This document shows positions 19,072 to 33,100 of a stretch of DNA of 64,000 bases, in pieces. This stretch comes from an uncultured Fibrobacteria bacterium. Lineage in GTDB: Bacteria; Fibrobacterota; Fibrobacteria; UBA11236. The notes beneath the pieces are model-generated. The model had not been told where the DNA came from. It ran no database searches and saw nothing but the letters and a program-made list of their open reading frames with translations. Each line of letters begins with the position of its first letter. Within the stretch, counting starts at the first letter, position 1. Both the position numbers and the translations under genes were made by a program. The stretch is from assembly GCA_963716395.1 (NCBI GenBank), contig OY970309.1, positions 2,240,001-2,304,000 of the forward strand, read 5' to 3'.

Positions 19072-19456
19072 GAAAAAATTGCTTTTCGTCTGCATTGAGA
19101 ACAGCAACCGCAGCCAGATGGCCGACGCCTTCGCGCGCCGGCTGGGCGGCGATTCCGTGGAAAGCTACAGCGCGGGGTCGAAACCTTCGGGCGTGGTGAA
19201 TCCCAAGGCGGTGGCGGCCATGCAAGAAATCGGCTATGACTTGTCCGCGCATCGCTCCAAATCGCTGGACGAGATTCCCGACATCGATTACGACGCGGTC
19301 ATCACCATGGGCTGCGGCGACGCCTGCCCCTTCATCATTGGGCGCATCCATGAGGATTGGGCCTTGCCCGATCCCAAGCATTTGCCGCCCGAGGAATTCC
19401 GCCACGTGCGCGATTTGATCGGGGAAAAGGTGAAAGATTTGTTGACCCGGATCTAG
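19064..19456 (+). CDS. arsC: Arsenate reductase, LMW-PTP fold
   Basis: TTG start after AAGGAG. LFVCIENSNRSQMA P-loop, ITMGCGDACP, DWALPDP. Confidence 0.85.
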   Translation: MDKKKLLFVCIENSNRSQMADAFARRLGGDSVESYSAGSKPSGVVNPKAVAAMQEIGYDLSAHRSKSLDEIPDIDYDAVITMGCGDACPFIIGRIHEDWALPDPKHLPPEEFRHVRDLIGEKVKDLLTRI

Positions 19457-19500
19457 CACCCATCGCGATCCGTATCCGTCGGACACGCCGCTCCTCGTCC

Positions 19501-19672
19501 GGTTCGACATTCCTCGGCGGGCTCGGGAACCATCACTCGGTCCGCCGCGTGTGCACCTCAACTTGCGGTGGGAGGGTTTCGGTTTGCGATAGGAGAACTT
19601 CGGTTGCGGTGGGTGAGCCTCGGTCCGCGGTGGGTGAGCCCGGTTCCAGAGCCCGTCGAGGGATGTCGAACC
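19501..19672. repeat. REP/MITE-like element: 31-bp inverted repeats enclosing ~21-bp tandem repeats
   Basis: 19501-19531 and 19642-19672 are inverted repeats (28/31). About four imperfect GCGGTGGGTGAGCCTCGGT units lie at 19563-19645. Confidence 0.75.
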
Positions 19673-19738
19673 CACCGTCCGGGCGTCTGCGTAATTGACA
19701 TTCGCCGGCCGGGTTTCAATCTTTAGCCGTCCCCGCCT

Positions 19739-19822
19739 GCCTGGGTGGTGAAATTGGTAGACACGCAAGATTCAGGATCTTGTGACCGCAAGGTTGTGGG
19801 AGTTCGAATCTCCCCCCGGGCA
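19739..19822 (+). tRNA. tRNA-Leu(CAG)
   Basis: GCCTGGG/CCCGGGC acceptor stem, CAAGA-TTCAGGA-TCTTG anticodon arm, long variable arm, GTTCGAATC. CCA is not encoded. TTGACA lies upstream at 19695. Confidence 0.95.
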
Positions 19823-19883
19823 CTATTGATGTTGCCGATATTTCGAATATTTTGGTTGGGGCATTTTCCGGATGGCCGAACCG

Positions 19884-21002
19884 CTACTCCCAAGTCAGCG
19901 CCCCGCCGGTTTGATACTCGGTGACCCGGGTCTCGAAAAAGTTCTTCTCCTTTTTCAAATCCAGGATTTCGCTCATCCACGGAAAGGGATTCTGCGCCTG
20001 GTACACCTTGGCCAGCCCGATTTTTTCCAGGCGGCGGTCGGCGACGTAGCGCACATAGTCTTCGAACAGGGCGGCGTTGAGGCCGAGAATGCCGCGCGGC
20101 ATGGTGTCTTGCGCATAGGCGATTTCCAGGCGCACGGCCTCGCGCACCAGTTCCACCGACTTCTCCTTGACCGCGGGCGTCCATAAATCCGGGTTTTCGA
20201 TCTTGATCTGGTTGATGACATCGATGCCGAAATTCATGTGCATGGTTTCGTCGCGCAGGATGTACTGGAATTGCTCGCCGGTGCCCGGCAGCCGGTTCTG
20301 CCGCTGAAAATTCAGCATCATCACGAAGCCGCTGTAGAAAAAAATTCCCTCCATGATCACGTAATAGCCGATGAGGTTTTCGAGAAAAGTCCGGGCGCCG
20401 GCCGGGCTCTGGGTCTCAAAATCGGGGCGCAGCATTTCGCGCGTCAGGGCGATTTCAAAGGCGTCTTTGCCGTGGATGGAGTTCACCTCGTGGTACATGT
20501 TGAACACTTCGCCCTCGTCCAGGGCCAGCGACTCGATCACGTATTGGTAGGCATGGGTGTGCAACGCCTCTTCGAACGCCTGGCGCAGCATGTATTGCCG
20601 GCATTCGGGATTGGTGATGTGGCGGTAGGCGGCCAGCACGATGTTGTTGGCCACCAGTGAATCGGCCGTGGAGAAAAACCCCATATTGCGCTTCACCACG
20701 CGGCGCTCGTCGTCGCTGAGCGCGCCGCTTTTCCACAGCTCGATGTCGCGCGCCATATTGATCTCCTGCGGCATCCAATGGTTGGCGCAGGCGTCGAGGT
20801 ATTTCTGCCAGGCCCATTGGTATTTGATGGGCACCAACTGGTTCAGGTCGGCGCGGCAATTGAGAATGCGTTTGTCGTCTACGGTTACGCGCGCCGTGGA
20901 TTCACCCAGCAGTGATACCAAGGCTTCTGCCGGCGGGGCCACCGGTGGCGGCGCGGTTATGGAATTCGTGACAGCGGTTTCCTCTTCCCAGCTTATTGAC
21001 AT
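19884..21002 (-). CDS. nrdB: Ribonucleotide reductase class Ia beta subunit
   Basis: [25 protein letters not shown] (radical Tyr), [25 protein letters not shown]. Start MSISWEE overlaps the nrdA end. Confidence 0.95.
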   Translation of the reverse strand: MSISWEEETAVTNSITAPPPVAPPAEALVSLLGESTARVTVDDKRILNCRADLNQLVPIKYQWAWQKYLDACANHWMPQEINMARDIELWKSGALSDDERRVVKRNMGFFSTADSLVANNIVLAAYRHITNPECRQYMLRQAFEEALHTHAYQYVIESLALDEGEVFNMYHEVNSIHGKDAFEIALTREMLRPDFETQSPAGARTFLENLIGYYVIMEGIFFYSGFVMMLNFQRQNRLPGTGEQFQYILRDETMHMNFGIDVINQIKIENPDLWTPAVKEKSVELVREAVRLEIAYAQDTMPRGILGLNAALFEDYVRYVADRRLEKIGLAKVYQAQNPFPWMSEILDLKKEKNFFETRVTEYQTGGALTWE

Positions 21003-23908
21003 GCTTCGCACTCCTCTCCGTTGATGGTGGAACAGGCCGCGGCCGCCTTCTTGACTTCGGCCCCGGTTTTTTCGCCCCGCAGGTTTTCCCTCGCGTCTTT
21101 GGCTTCGGCTTCGGACAAAATTGGTGCCGCCGTCGACCCAGAGGACACGGCGTTCAGGCCCTTGGTCTTGTCCAAGGTGGATTTTTCGGCCTGGGTGGCA
21201 CCGAGCGAGCGCAGATAATACGTGGTTTTGAGTCCCGCCTGCCAGGCGGCTTGGTACATGGCGTCGAGCTTTTTGCCGCTGGGTTCGGCCATGTACAGAT
21301 TCAACGATTGCCCCATGTCGATCCATTTTTGCCGCTTGGCGGCGCAGGCGATCAGCCAATGCGGCTCGATGTCGAAGGCGGTGAGAAAACGGCGGCGCAG
21401 GTCGGCGGGAATGCGGCCGATTTCGGTCAGTTCGCCGTCGAAATACTTGAGATCGTCCACCATGGTTTTGTCCCACAGACCGAGGCGCTTCAAAGCGTCG
21501 ACCAGGTAGGTATTGATCACCGTGAATTCGCCGGACAAATTGCTTTTCACGTACAGGTTCTTGTACGCGGGCTCGATGCTTTGGCTGACGCCGATGATGT
21601 TGGAAATGGTGGCCGTGGGCGCGATGGCCAGGCAATTGCTGTTGCGCATGCCGAAGGCCCGGATCTGCGCGCGCACGGGCCCCCAATCGAGCCGGCATTG
21701 CGTATCCATGCGCACGGGCGAACCGCGCTCGGCCTCCAGGAGCGGCACCGTGTCGAGGGGCAAGAGCCCGTGCGACCAGGACGAGCCCTCGTAGCTGGGG
21801 TAACACCCGCGTTCCTGCGCCAGTTTGGACGAGGCCAGAATGGCGTAATAGGAAATCATTTCCATGGAGGCGTCGGCGAAGTCCACGGCCTCTTGCGCAG
21901 CGTAAGAAAGGCCCAACGCGTAAAGGGCGTCTTGAAAACCCATGAGGCCCAAGCCCACGGGACGGTGGCGCAGGTTGGCGTTTTTGGCCTGCGGTACGGG
22001 ATAGAAATTGAGATCAATGACATTGTCGAGCATGCGCATGGCGGTGGTCACGGTTTGCTCCAGCAGGCCCGCGTCCAGCTTGCTGTCGCGCACATGGGCC
22101 GCGAGGTTGAGCGAACCCAGATTGCACACCGCGATTTCCTCGGCACTGGTGTTGAGCAGAATTTCGGTGCACAGGTTGGAACTGTGCACCACGCCGGCAT
22201 GGCGTTGCGGCGAGCGCACGTTGGACGGGTCTTTGAACGCGATCCAGGGATGGCCGGTTTCGTACAACATGGTCAGCATTTTCCGCCATAGCCCGACGGC
22301 CGACACGGTTTTGAACGTGTGCAGGCGCCCTTGCCGCGCTTCGTTTTCGTAATGACGGTAGCGGTCGGCGAAAGCCTGGCCGTAGAGATCGTGCAGATCC
22401 GCCACCTCGTTGGGGCTGAACAAGGTCCACGGCCCGTCTGCGCGCACGCGCTGCATGAACAAATCCGGAATCCAATGGGCCGTATTCATGTCATGCGTGC
22501 GGCGGCGATCGTCGCCCGTGTTCTTGCGCAATTCCAAGAACTCTTCCAGGTCGAGATGCCAGGTTTCGAGATAGGCGCACACGGCGCCTTTGCGCCGGCC
22601 GCCCTGGTTGACGGCCACGGCCGTGTCATTGGCCACTTTGAGAAAAGGAATGACGCCCTGGCTTTTTCCGTTCGTGCCTTGGATATGCGTGCCGAGCGCG
22701 CGCACCCGGGTCCAGTCGTTGCCGAGCCCGCCCGCGAACTTCGACAGCAGGGCGTTGTCGCGCACCGCGCTGAAGATGCCGTGCAAATCATCGGGCACCG
22801 TGGTCAGATAGCACGACGACATTTGCGCATGGCGGGTGCCCGCGTTGAACAAGGTAGGGGTGGAACTGGTGAAGCGGAACGACGACAAGGTTTCGTAAAA
22901 CTCGATGGCCCGACCTTCGCGATCACTTTCCTGCAAGGCCAAACCCATGGCCACGCGCATCCAGAAGGCTTGCGGCAATTCGATGCGGCGGCCCTCGGGC
23001 AAAGGCACGAAATAGCGATCGTACAGGGTGCGCAGGCCGAGGTAGGCGATGTTCCCGTCGCGCTCCGGTTTCAGGGCCGCGCCCAGCCGGGGCAAATCGA
23101 ATTCGAGCAGGCGCGCGTCGAGCAATTCGTGGTGCACGGCCAGCCGGACATAAGCGCCGAAAGCGTCGGCATAAAGCTCCGACATTTCCGCGGCCGTGAC
23201 GCGCCGGCCCAGGGCTTCTTCGCGCAGGTCGTCGAGCAGCAAACGCGCCGACACCAGGTTCCAGGCCGGATCTTCTTCGATATGCGCGCACGCCACCATG
23301 ACCAGGGCCTTGGAGACGTCTTGTTCGGGAACGGCGGGAAACAAATTGGCCAGGGTTTCTTGGAGCAGGCGATCGGCCGAAACCTCGCTTGCAAAACCGG
23401 CGCAGGCTTCGGCGATGATTTTCCGCAGCCTTTCCTGATCCAGCGGAACCACGCGCCCGTCGGCCGCGGTGACCGTATATTCGGCAGCCGCAGGCGCGGG
23501 AGGAATTTGGGTTGCGGCCGTGGCGCGCTGCGCGCGCAGGCGGGCGCGCTCTTCGCGGTACAGCACGTAGCGCTTGGCCACTTCGGGCCGACCCACGCGC
23601 ATCAAGGCCAATTCCACCTGATCCTGAATGTCTTCCAGGTGAAACGTGCCGCCCTGCGGCCGGCGCTTTTCCAAAGCGGCGAAAACCCGATCGGCGATGA
23701 CGTCGGCTTCTTCGCGCAGGCGTGCATGGGGTTCGGGCAAACCCGCCTGGGCCAGAAAAGCCTTGGTAATGGCGCGCACGATTTTTTCGCCTTTGAATTT
23801 GACGACGCTGCCGTCGCGCCGCTCCACCTGGTAGCGGCCGGGATCCAGGCCCGGCGGGACGCCGGGGGCTAAGGGAGTCGCGTCTTGCGTGGTCGGGGTG
23901 GTGTTCAT
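20993..23908 (-). CDS. nrdA: Ribonucleotide reductase class Ia alpha subunit with N-terminal ATP cones
   Basis: VERRDG ATP cone, [43 protein letters not shown]-terminal CEACQ. Confidence 0.96.
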   Translation of the reverse strand: MNTTPTTQDATPLAPGVPPGLDPGRYQVERRDGSVVKFKGEKIVRAITKAFLAQAGLPEPHARLREEADVIADRVFAALEKRRPQGGTFHLEDIQDQVELALMRVGRPEVAKRYVLYREERARLRAQRATAATQIPPAPAAAEYTVTAADGRVVPLDQERLRKIIAEACAGFASEVSADRLLQETLANLFPAVPEQDVSKALVMVACAHIEEDPAWNLVSARLLLDDLREEALGRRVTAAEMSELYADAFGAYVRLAVHHELLDARLLEFDLPRLGAALKPERDGNIAYLGLRTLYDRYFVPLPEGRRIELPQAFWMRVAMGLALQESDREGRAIEFYETLSSFRFTSSTPTLFNAGTRHAQMSSCYLTTVPDDLHGIFSAVRDNALLSKFAGGLGNDWTRVRALGTHIQGTNGKSQGVIPFLKVANDTAVAVNQGGRRKGAVCAYLETWHLDLEEFLELRKNTGDDRRRTHDMNTAHWIPDLFMQRVRADGPWTLFSPNEVADLHDLYGQAFADRYRHYENEARQGRLHTFKTVSAVGLWRKMLTMLYETGHPWIAFKDPSNVRSPQRHAGVVHSSNLCTEILLNTSAEEIAVCNLGSLNLAAHVRDSKLDAGLLEQTVTTAMRMLDNVIDLNFYPVPQAKNANLRHRPVGLGLMGFQDALYALGLSYAAQEAVDFADASMEMISYYAILASSKLAQERGCYPSYEGSSWSHGLLPLDTVPLLEAERGSPVRMDTQCRLDWGPVRAQIRAFGMRNSNCLAIAPTATISNIIGVSQSIEPAYKNLYVKSNLSGEFTVINTYLVDALKRLGLWDKTMVDDLKYFDGELTEIGRIPADLRRRFLTAFDIEPHWLIACAAKRQKWIDMGQSLNLYMAEPSGKKLDAMYQAAWQAGLKTTYYLRSLGATQAEKSTLDKTKGLNAVSSGSTAAPILSEAEAKDARENLRGEKTGAEVKKAAAACSTINGEECEACQ

Positions 23909-23939
23909 GGGATCTCCTGGTGTTTCGGGGTGGGGGGCA

Positions 23940-26246
23940 TCAAACCGGTTGTTCCGCGCGCAAGGCGCGCGCCGTGGCCACGAGGTTTTCCAGCGCCGGC
24001 AAGGTTTCGGCCCAGGTACGGGTTTTGAGTCCGCAGTCGGGGTTCACCCACAGGCGTTCCTTGGCGATGACTTGCGCGGCGGCGCGCAGCAGGTCGGTCA
24101 TCTCGGCGACGCCGGGCGTGCGCGGGGCATGAATGTCCCAGACGCCCGGGCCGACTCCGGCCGGATAATGGGCGCCAGCGAAGTCGCGCAACAGCTCCAT
24201 GCGGCTGCGCGCGGTTTCGATGGAAATGACATCGGCATCCAGCGCGGCGATGGAGGGCAGGATGTCGCCGAATTCGGAATAGCACATGTGGGTGTGGATG
24301 GAGGTGGCGTCGGCCGCGGCTCCGGCCGCGAGCCGGAAGGCGCGCACCGCGAAGTCGAGATAGGCGGCCCAGGCCCGGCGGCGCAACGGCAGCCCTTCCC
24401 GGAAAGCCGGCTCGTCCATTTGAATCACGGCGATGCCAGCTTGTTCCAAATCGGCAATTTCGGCGCGCAAGGCCCAGCCGATTTGCCAGGCCGTGTCGCG
24501 GCGCGGTTGATCTTCACGCACAAAGCTCCATTGCAAAATGGTCACGGGACCAGTGAGCATGCCCTTCATCGGCCGGGAGGTGAGCGACTGCGCGAAGGCG
24601 CTCCAGCGTAAGGTCATGGGCGCCCGGCGCTCCACGTCGCCGTAAAGCAACGGAGGCTTGACGCAGCGCGAACCGTAGCTTTGCACCCAGCCGTGGCGCG
24701 TGAAGGCGAAGCCCGCCAGTTGTTCGCCGAAATACTCCACCATGTCGTTGCGCTCGGCTTCGCCGTGCACCAATACATCCAATCCGAGCTTTTCCTGCAG
24801 GGCCACGGCTGCGCGAATCAGGTTTTCCAATTCCCGTTCGTATTGCTCCGTGGTCAGCGCGCCTTTTTTCCAGCGGGCGCGCAGACCGCGCACCTGGTCG
24901 GTTTGGGGGAAGGAACCAATGGTGGTGGTGGGCAGAAGCGGCAAGCGCAGTTTTTCGCGCTGGATTTTTTCGCGCACGGCATACGCGCTGCGCCGTTCGA
25001 AGTGGGTTCCGGTCAGCGCCCCCAGTTGCCGACGCACTTCGGGCCGAAGGCGCCGGGCATCGCTTAAAAAGTTTTGCCGATCCGCCTCGGTTTTTTCCAG
25101 AGCTGCTTGGGCCGTTGCGTCGCCGCTCCAGGCGGCGCTCAAGTTCGCCAGTTCTTCCAGCTTTTCGTCGGCAAAGGCCAAAGCGCCTTGCAGCACCGGG
25201 TCCAACGCGGTTTCCGGTTGCAAAGAAAGCGGGACGTGCAGCAGCGAGCACGAAGGCGCAAGCCACAGGCGATCCCCGAGGGCGTTTTCGGCCTTGCCTA
25301 TCGTCTCCAGCGCCCGGGCCGAATCGGTGCGCCACACGTTGCGGCCGTTGACGATCCCCAGCGAAAGCGTTTTGTCGGCGGGAAATTCGGCCAGCAGGGC
25401 GTCGAGTTCTTCGGCCCCGCGCACGGCGTCGAAATGCAGACCCTGCACCGGAGCGGCCAGGGCCAGCGGCCGGTTCTCTTCCCAGGTTCCGAAATACGCG
25501 GCCACCATGAGCTTCAATCCGGGTGCGGCTTGGGACAGGACGCGATAGCTCCGGGTAAAAGCTGCGCGGGCGTCCGCGGCCAGGTCGAGGCATAGTGCCG
25601 GTTCGTCACAGCGCACCCAAGTGGCGCCGAGGCGATGCAACTCCTGCAAGACCTTGGCATACACCGTCAGCATGCCGTCCAATAATTCGAAGCGGTTCCA
25701 GCGGCCCGACCCGGCTGCGGTTTTCCCCAGTAACAGCAAGGTAACGGGACCGAGCAGAACCGGAATGGTTTCGACGCCCAGCGCCTTGGCTTCGCGGTAT
25801 TCGGCCATGGGCTTATCGGAACCCAATGCGAAACGCATTCCCGGCCGCCACTCCGGCACCAGGTAGTGGTAATTGGTGTCGAACCATTTGGTCATTTCCA
25901 GCGGCGGAACGGCGGGCAGATTCCCCAGCGCCGTACCGCGCGCCATGCGAAACAGAAGGTCCAGGTTTACGGCGGCGCCGTTCCCGCCGAAGCGCTCCGG
26001 TACCGCGCCCAGCAGGGCCAGGGCGTCGAGGACATGATCGTAGACGCTGAAATCGTTGCTGGGAACATGGGTGACGCCCAGGTTACGCTGGCGCAGCCAG
26101 CGTTCGCGGCGCAGACCGGACAGGGCGCCGTGATAAGCCTCCGGCTCCAGGGCGCCTTTCCAAAAGCGTTCGGTGAGGGTTTTGAGTTCCCGGTTCTTTC
26201 CGATGCGCGGATAGCCCAGGCTGTGGACGGGTAAAACGTGCGGCAT
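23940..26246 (-). CDS. metE: Cobalamin-independent methionine synthase
   Basis: GYPRIG..RELK, EMTKWFDTNYHY, PTTTIGSFPQT, HGEAERNDMVEYF, HTHMCYSEF, WVNPDCGLKTR. Confidence 0.97.
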   Translation of the reverse strand: MPHVLPVHSLGYPRIGKNRELKTLTERFWKGALEPEAYHGALSGLRRERWLRQRNLGVTHVPSNDFSVYDHVLDALALLGAVPERFGGNGAAVNLDLLFRMARGTALGNLPAVPPLEMTKWFDTNYHYLVPEWRPGMRFALGSDKPMAEYREAKALGVETIPVLLGPVTLLLLGKTAAGSGRWNRFELLDGMLTVYAKVLQELHRLGATWVRCDEPALCLDLAADARAAFTRSYRVLSQAAPGLKLMVAAYFGTWEENRPLALAAPVQGLHFDAVRGAEELDALLAEFPADKTLSLGIVNGRNVWRTDSARALETIGKAENALGDRLWLAPSCSLLHVPLSLQPETALDPVLQGALAFADEKLEELANLSAAWSGDATAQAALEKTEADRQNFLSDARRLRPEVRRQLGALTGTHFERRSAYAVREKIQREKLRLPLLPTTTIGSFPQTDQVRGLRARWKKGALTTEQYERELENLIRAAVALQEKLGLDVLVHGEAERNDMVEYFGEQLAGFAFTRHGWVQSYGSRCVKPPLLYGDVERRAPMTLRWSAFAQSLTSRPMKGMLTGPVTILQWSFVREDQPRRDTAWQIGWALRAEIADLEQAGIAVIQMDEPAFREGLPLRRRAWAAYLDFAVRAFRLAAGAAADATSIHTHMCYSEFGDILPSIAALDADVISIETARSRMELLRDFAGAHYPAGVGPGVWDIHAPRTPGVAEMTDLLRAAAQVIAKERLWVNPDCGLKTRTWAETLPALENLVATARALRAEQPV

Positions 26247-26377
26247 GCGGCCTTTCTTCGCGGGTGTTCGCCGCGAGCGGTGGCTGCCTGGGAATAGGGA
26301 GACGGGAAATAGCCGCGAAGCGCAGGGCGCGCGACGCCGAACCCATCTGCCCTTGGATCCGCAAGGCAGAATGTGAA

Positions 26378-26580
26378 CCTGTAGGTGAGTCTTCTGGCTC
26401 GCGGTGGAAGCGCTTCTTGAAAGAAACGCTTCGGGTGCTCCGGCCTTCCCATCCTTGCGGACAGTGGCCTGCGCTTCGGAAAGCGCGCTGGAGGCCCTAA
26501 CCGCTTACAGCGACGAACTCGCTCCCGGTTTTCACGGGATTCCTCGTTATGCCCCCGCCTGAGGCGGGGACTCCCTGCAA
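26378..26580 (-). ncRNA. Cobalamin (AdoCbl) riboswitch
   Basis: Minus strand carries GAGGAATCCCGTGAAAACCGGGAGCG, CGCTGTAA, GCCACTG...GGGAAGG and B12-box GAGCCAGAAGACTCACC, directly upstream of metE. Confidence 0.9.
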
Positions 26581-26718
26581 GCAAGTGGGAAACTATTAAC
26601 CGCGATCAAAAAATTGCGAAGGATTTTCGGGAATTTTTTATTTCGATGCAAATCATAATGTTACCCGTGATCCGGGATTCGCGTGTAACCGGGTGCACCC
26701 GCAAAAATCCTCGGTCTT

Positions 26719-27252
26719 TTGGTTTACCTGTTTTACTTCTCGGTTCTTTGGTCCCTACGCCCGCTAACCTTTTTAAGGTCTAAAAAATTGGCCCGTGAAT
26801 ACCAGGCGCTTGATCCCGAATGCAAGCTTCCCACAATGATCGAATCCAAGGGGAAAAAAGCGCGGTCTCGGAATTCAATGTTTACGGCCAGCTGGATTTT
26901 TAGCCTTCTCTTGTTAACAATCAACCCCGGAGCCTTTGTTTTTATTGGGGCGATGTTGAATAACGGTATCGCGTTGGGTCTACCTTTCCTTATCTTACTT
27001 ATCGGCGACCTCATTTATTATTTCCGCTTGAGAAATTTCTCTTCGCATGCGGCGTATCTACGGTATGTCAAATCGATGCAACAGAAAATTCAAGACCAGA
27101 TAAAGCACGGTTATGTCAAAGAGAATTCTTCAGGTACTTACGAATACACACCCTCCTATTATACAAGCGGTGGGAGCAGTGGTGGAGGCGGCGGCAGCAG
27201 CAGTTCCGGCGGAGGCAGTTCGGGTGGCGGAGGCTCCAGTTCAAGTTGGTAA
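26719..27252 (+). CDS. Membrane protein with Gly/Ser tail like TPM (YgcG)-family C-termini, probably an N-truncated remnant
   Basis: Hydrophobic segments and terminal GGGSSGGGGSSSSW. AT-rich, with no good start or RBS. Confidence 0.5.
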   Translation: MVYLFYFSVLWSLRPLTFLRSKKLAREYQALDPECKLPTMIESKGKKARSRNSMFTASWIFSLLLLTINPGAFVFIGAMLNNGIALGLPFLILLIGDLIYYFRLRNFSSHAAYLRYVKSMQQKIQDQIKHGYVKENSSGTYEYTPSYYTSGGSSGGGGGSSSSGGGSSGGGGSSSSW

Positions 27253-27291
27253 GAAAAACCAAATCGTGACGTAAAATCTTCGTCGCGACCT

Positions 27292-27564
27292 TCACCCGGT
27301 CCCAAACCGCTTCCGCGATGTCTCCAGCATTTTCAACCGAACCTCTTCGCGATTCAACGGAGGGGTGTACGTCACCAAGGCGTTAACCAAGGTCCGTGCG
27401 GCCTCGCGCACCTGTTCCACCGCCAAGTTGAAAACAGCTTCGTTGGCTTTGGAGGGACGGTTGAAACCGCTGATCTTACGTACGAACTGAAGTGCGGAAG
27501 CTTCGATCTCCGCGTCCGTGGCCGGAGGTTCGAAGTTGAACAAGGTTTTGATATTTCGACACAT
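27292..27564 (-). CDS. DUF2277-family small protein
   Basis: MCRNIKTLFNFEPPAT..EI.A.ALQFVRKISGF signature, with GGAG RBS. Confidence 0.85.
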   Translation of the reverse strand: MCRNIKTLFNFEPPATDAEIEASALQFVRKISGFNRPSKANEAVFNLAVEQVREAARTLVNALVTYTPPLNREEVRLKMLETSRKRFGTG

Positions 27565-27713
27565 GGCAATCTCCGAGAGTGAGAGTCACCCAGAACCTAT
27601 CTCATGAATCCTGCGTCGGTCAAAGTCAGTCGTTCGCCGTTGGCGGGCCATGTGTGAAGATCGGGTCGACCGGCTTCGCGCCGAACGGTGCTTGGGCGCG
27701 GCCCCGGTCCATT

Positions 27714-30101
<2,388 letters not shown>

Positions 30102-30102
30102 T

Positions 30103-33100
30103 TTAGGCCGCTTCTTTATTTGATAAAATACACCCGGGGCTTAAGTATGTTCCCGCACATTTTTTTCTCATTTCCCTCCCGCGCCAGAGATAGTAGATCA
30201 CCGGATAGATCGCCAGTTCCATCAGCACCGAAGTGAACACGCCGCCCACCATGGGCGCCGCGATGCGCTTCATCACGTCGGAACCGGTGCCGTGGCTCCA
30301 CATGATGGGAATGAGCCCGGCCAGAATGACCGATGCGGTCATGATTTTCGGCCGCACTCTTTGCACCGCTCCTTGGTCAATGGCGTTTTTCAATTGCCGC
30401 AAATCGGTCATCCGCCCCATGCTTTTGGCCGCCGCATAAGCCCGGTCGAGATAAAGCAGCATCACCACTCCGGTTTCGGCATCCAGTCCTCCCAAGGCGA
30501 TCAGCCCCACCCACACCGCGATGCTCATATTGAATCCGAGCAAATACAGGTACCAGACGGCGCCCACCAAAGAAAACGGCACCGCCAGCAGGATGATGAA
30601 CGTTTTGATCAGGGATTTCGTGTTGATGAAAAGCAGGATGAAAATGAGGAACAGGGTCATGGGAACGACCAACATCAGGCGTTTCTGCGCCCGCTGCATG
30701 AATTCGTATTCCCCGCTCCAAACCAGGTTGTATCCGGTGGGCAAGGTCAGGTTTTGCGTGATCACCTTCTGGGCTTGTTGGATATAGCCGCCGATATCGA
30801 TGCCGCGCATGTCCACGAACACCCAGGCATTGGGGCGAGTGCCTTCGGTGCGAATCACCATGGGGCCGCGCGCAGGAACGAGGTCAGCCACTTGCCCCAA
30901 AGGAATTTGCTGACCCGAAGGCGTGGGAATGAGCACGCGCCGCAAGTCTTCCAGATTGTCGCGCAGCTCGCGGCTGTAGCGCAGGCTGACGGGGTACCGT
31001 TCCAACCCTTCTACCGTCGTGGTAAGGCGCATGCCGCCCAAAGCCGTTTGGATCACGTTTTGAATGTCCTCCACGCTCAAACCATATCGCGCGGCTTCCT
31101 GCCGGTTGATGTTCACGTCCAAGTAATTCCCGCCCATCGCCCGTTCCGCAAAAGCGGAAGTGGTGTGCGGCACCTTCCGCATCAACGCTTCGACTTCCAA
31201 TCCGATTTTTTGCAGCGTGTCCAGATTCGGTCCGGAAATTTTGATGCCCACCGGAGTTTTGATGCCCGTGCTCAGCATATCGGTGCGGGCTTTGATGGGC
31301 ATGGTCCAGGAGTTGGTGAGTCCGGGAAATTTCAAGGCCGCGTCCATCGCCTCGATCAATTTTTCCACGGTCATGCCGCGCGGCCAGGTTTTTTCGGGCT
31401 GGAGGCGGATAACGGTCTCCAGCATGTCGAGGCCCGCGGGATCGGTGGCGGTTTCGGCCCGGCCCGCTTTGCCGAAAACCTCCGCCACCTCCGGAAAAGA
31501 CCGGATGATTTTATCCGTTTCCTGGAGTATTTCCCGCGACTTCGTCACCGAAACACCCGGAAGGGTGGTGGGCATGTAAAGCAAATCGCCTTCGAACAAG
31601 GGCGGCATGAATTCCGAGCCCAGCTTTTTAAAAGGAAGAATCGTGATCAGCATCAGCAGGACGGCCAGACCGAGGGTGGTTTTGGGAAAGTTCAGAACCA
31701 AACCGACGATCGGGTGGTAAATGCGGATCAAAAACCGGTTGATGGGATTGCGTTTTTCCGGCAGGATTTTTCCCCGGATGAAATAACCCATCAAAATCGG
31801 GACGATGGTCACAGCGAGCAGGGCCGACGCGGCCATCGAGTAAGTCTTGGTGAAGGCCAGCGGCCGGAACAGCCGGCCTTCCTGCGCCTCCAAGGAGAAC
31901 ACCGGGATGAAAGAAACCGTGATCACGAGCAAAGACCAGAACAGCGCGGGCCCCACTTCCTTCGATGCATCCAGAATTATCGCCCAATGCTCTTTTCGCT
32001 CCGAAATGGGTTTAAGGTTTTCATGCTCAATATGCTTGTGGGCGTTCTCGATCAAGATGATGGCGCCATCGACCATGGCGCCGATGGCGATGGCGATACC
32101 GCCCAACGACATGATGTTGGCGTTGATCCCCTGCGCGCGCAGGATGATGAAGGACATCAGAATGGCGGTAGGCAAGGTGAATACGGCCACCAAGGCGCTG
32201 CGCGCGTGCAGCAGAAAAACCGCGCACACCAAAGCCACGATGAGCATTTCCTCCAGAAGTTTGTCCTTCAGGTTGTCCACGGCGCGGTGGATCAATCGGG
32301 AGCGATCGTAGGTCGGGACGATTTTCACGTCGGGCGGCAAACCCGCCTGCAGGACTTGCAATTTTTTACGCACGGCGTCGATGACCTGGAGCGCGTTTTG
32401 TCCGTACCGCATCACGATGATGCCGCCCGCCACTTCGCCTTGTCCGTCCAGTTCGGCGATGCCCCGGCGCATCTCGGGGCCGACAGCGACGTCGGCGACG
32501 TCTTTGAGGTAAACCGGGGTTCCCGCGGATGCGTTCACCGCGACGGGAATGTTTTTGATGTCTTCCAGGCTTTTCAAATAGCCCAGGCCGCGCACCATGA
32601 ACTCGGCTTCGCCCATTTCGATCACGGCCCCGCCCGCGTCGGAATTGCTTTGGCGGATGGCCGCTTCCACGGCGTTGAGGGAAATGCCGTACGCCTGCAA
32701 TTTTACCGGATCGACGTTGACCCGGTACTCCTTCACGAAGCCGCCCACGCTGGCGACCTCGCTCACGCCTGCGACGGCGGCGAGCTGGTACTTCAAATAC
32801 CAGTCCTGCAAAGACCGGAGTTCCTGCAGGGAGCGTCGGTCGGAAACCAGGGCGTATTCATACACCCAACCCACGCCGCTGGCGTCGGGCCCGAGCGTAG
32901 GCGCCACGCCCGGAGGCAGGCGTTTCTGCGCGGAGTTCAAATACTCCAGCACGCGGCTGCGCGCCCAGTAGATGTCGGTCCCGTCTGTGAAAATGACGTA
33001 CACCAGCGAGTACCCGAAAAAGGAATAGCCGCGGACGACCTTGGCTCCCGGTACCGAAACCATGGCCGTGGTTAACGGATAGGTTACTTGATCCTCCACG

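Noticed and set aside
19563-19645. Possible mini-CRISPR array
   Set aside because: The ~21-bp units are directly adjacent and degenerate, with no unique spacers, and no cas genes are in the window.
19884-21002. Class Ic (Mn/Fe, Tyr-less) RNR beta subunit
   Set aside because: It keeps Asp as the first ligand (STAD) and the radical Tyr (HTHAY), so it is class Ia.
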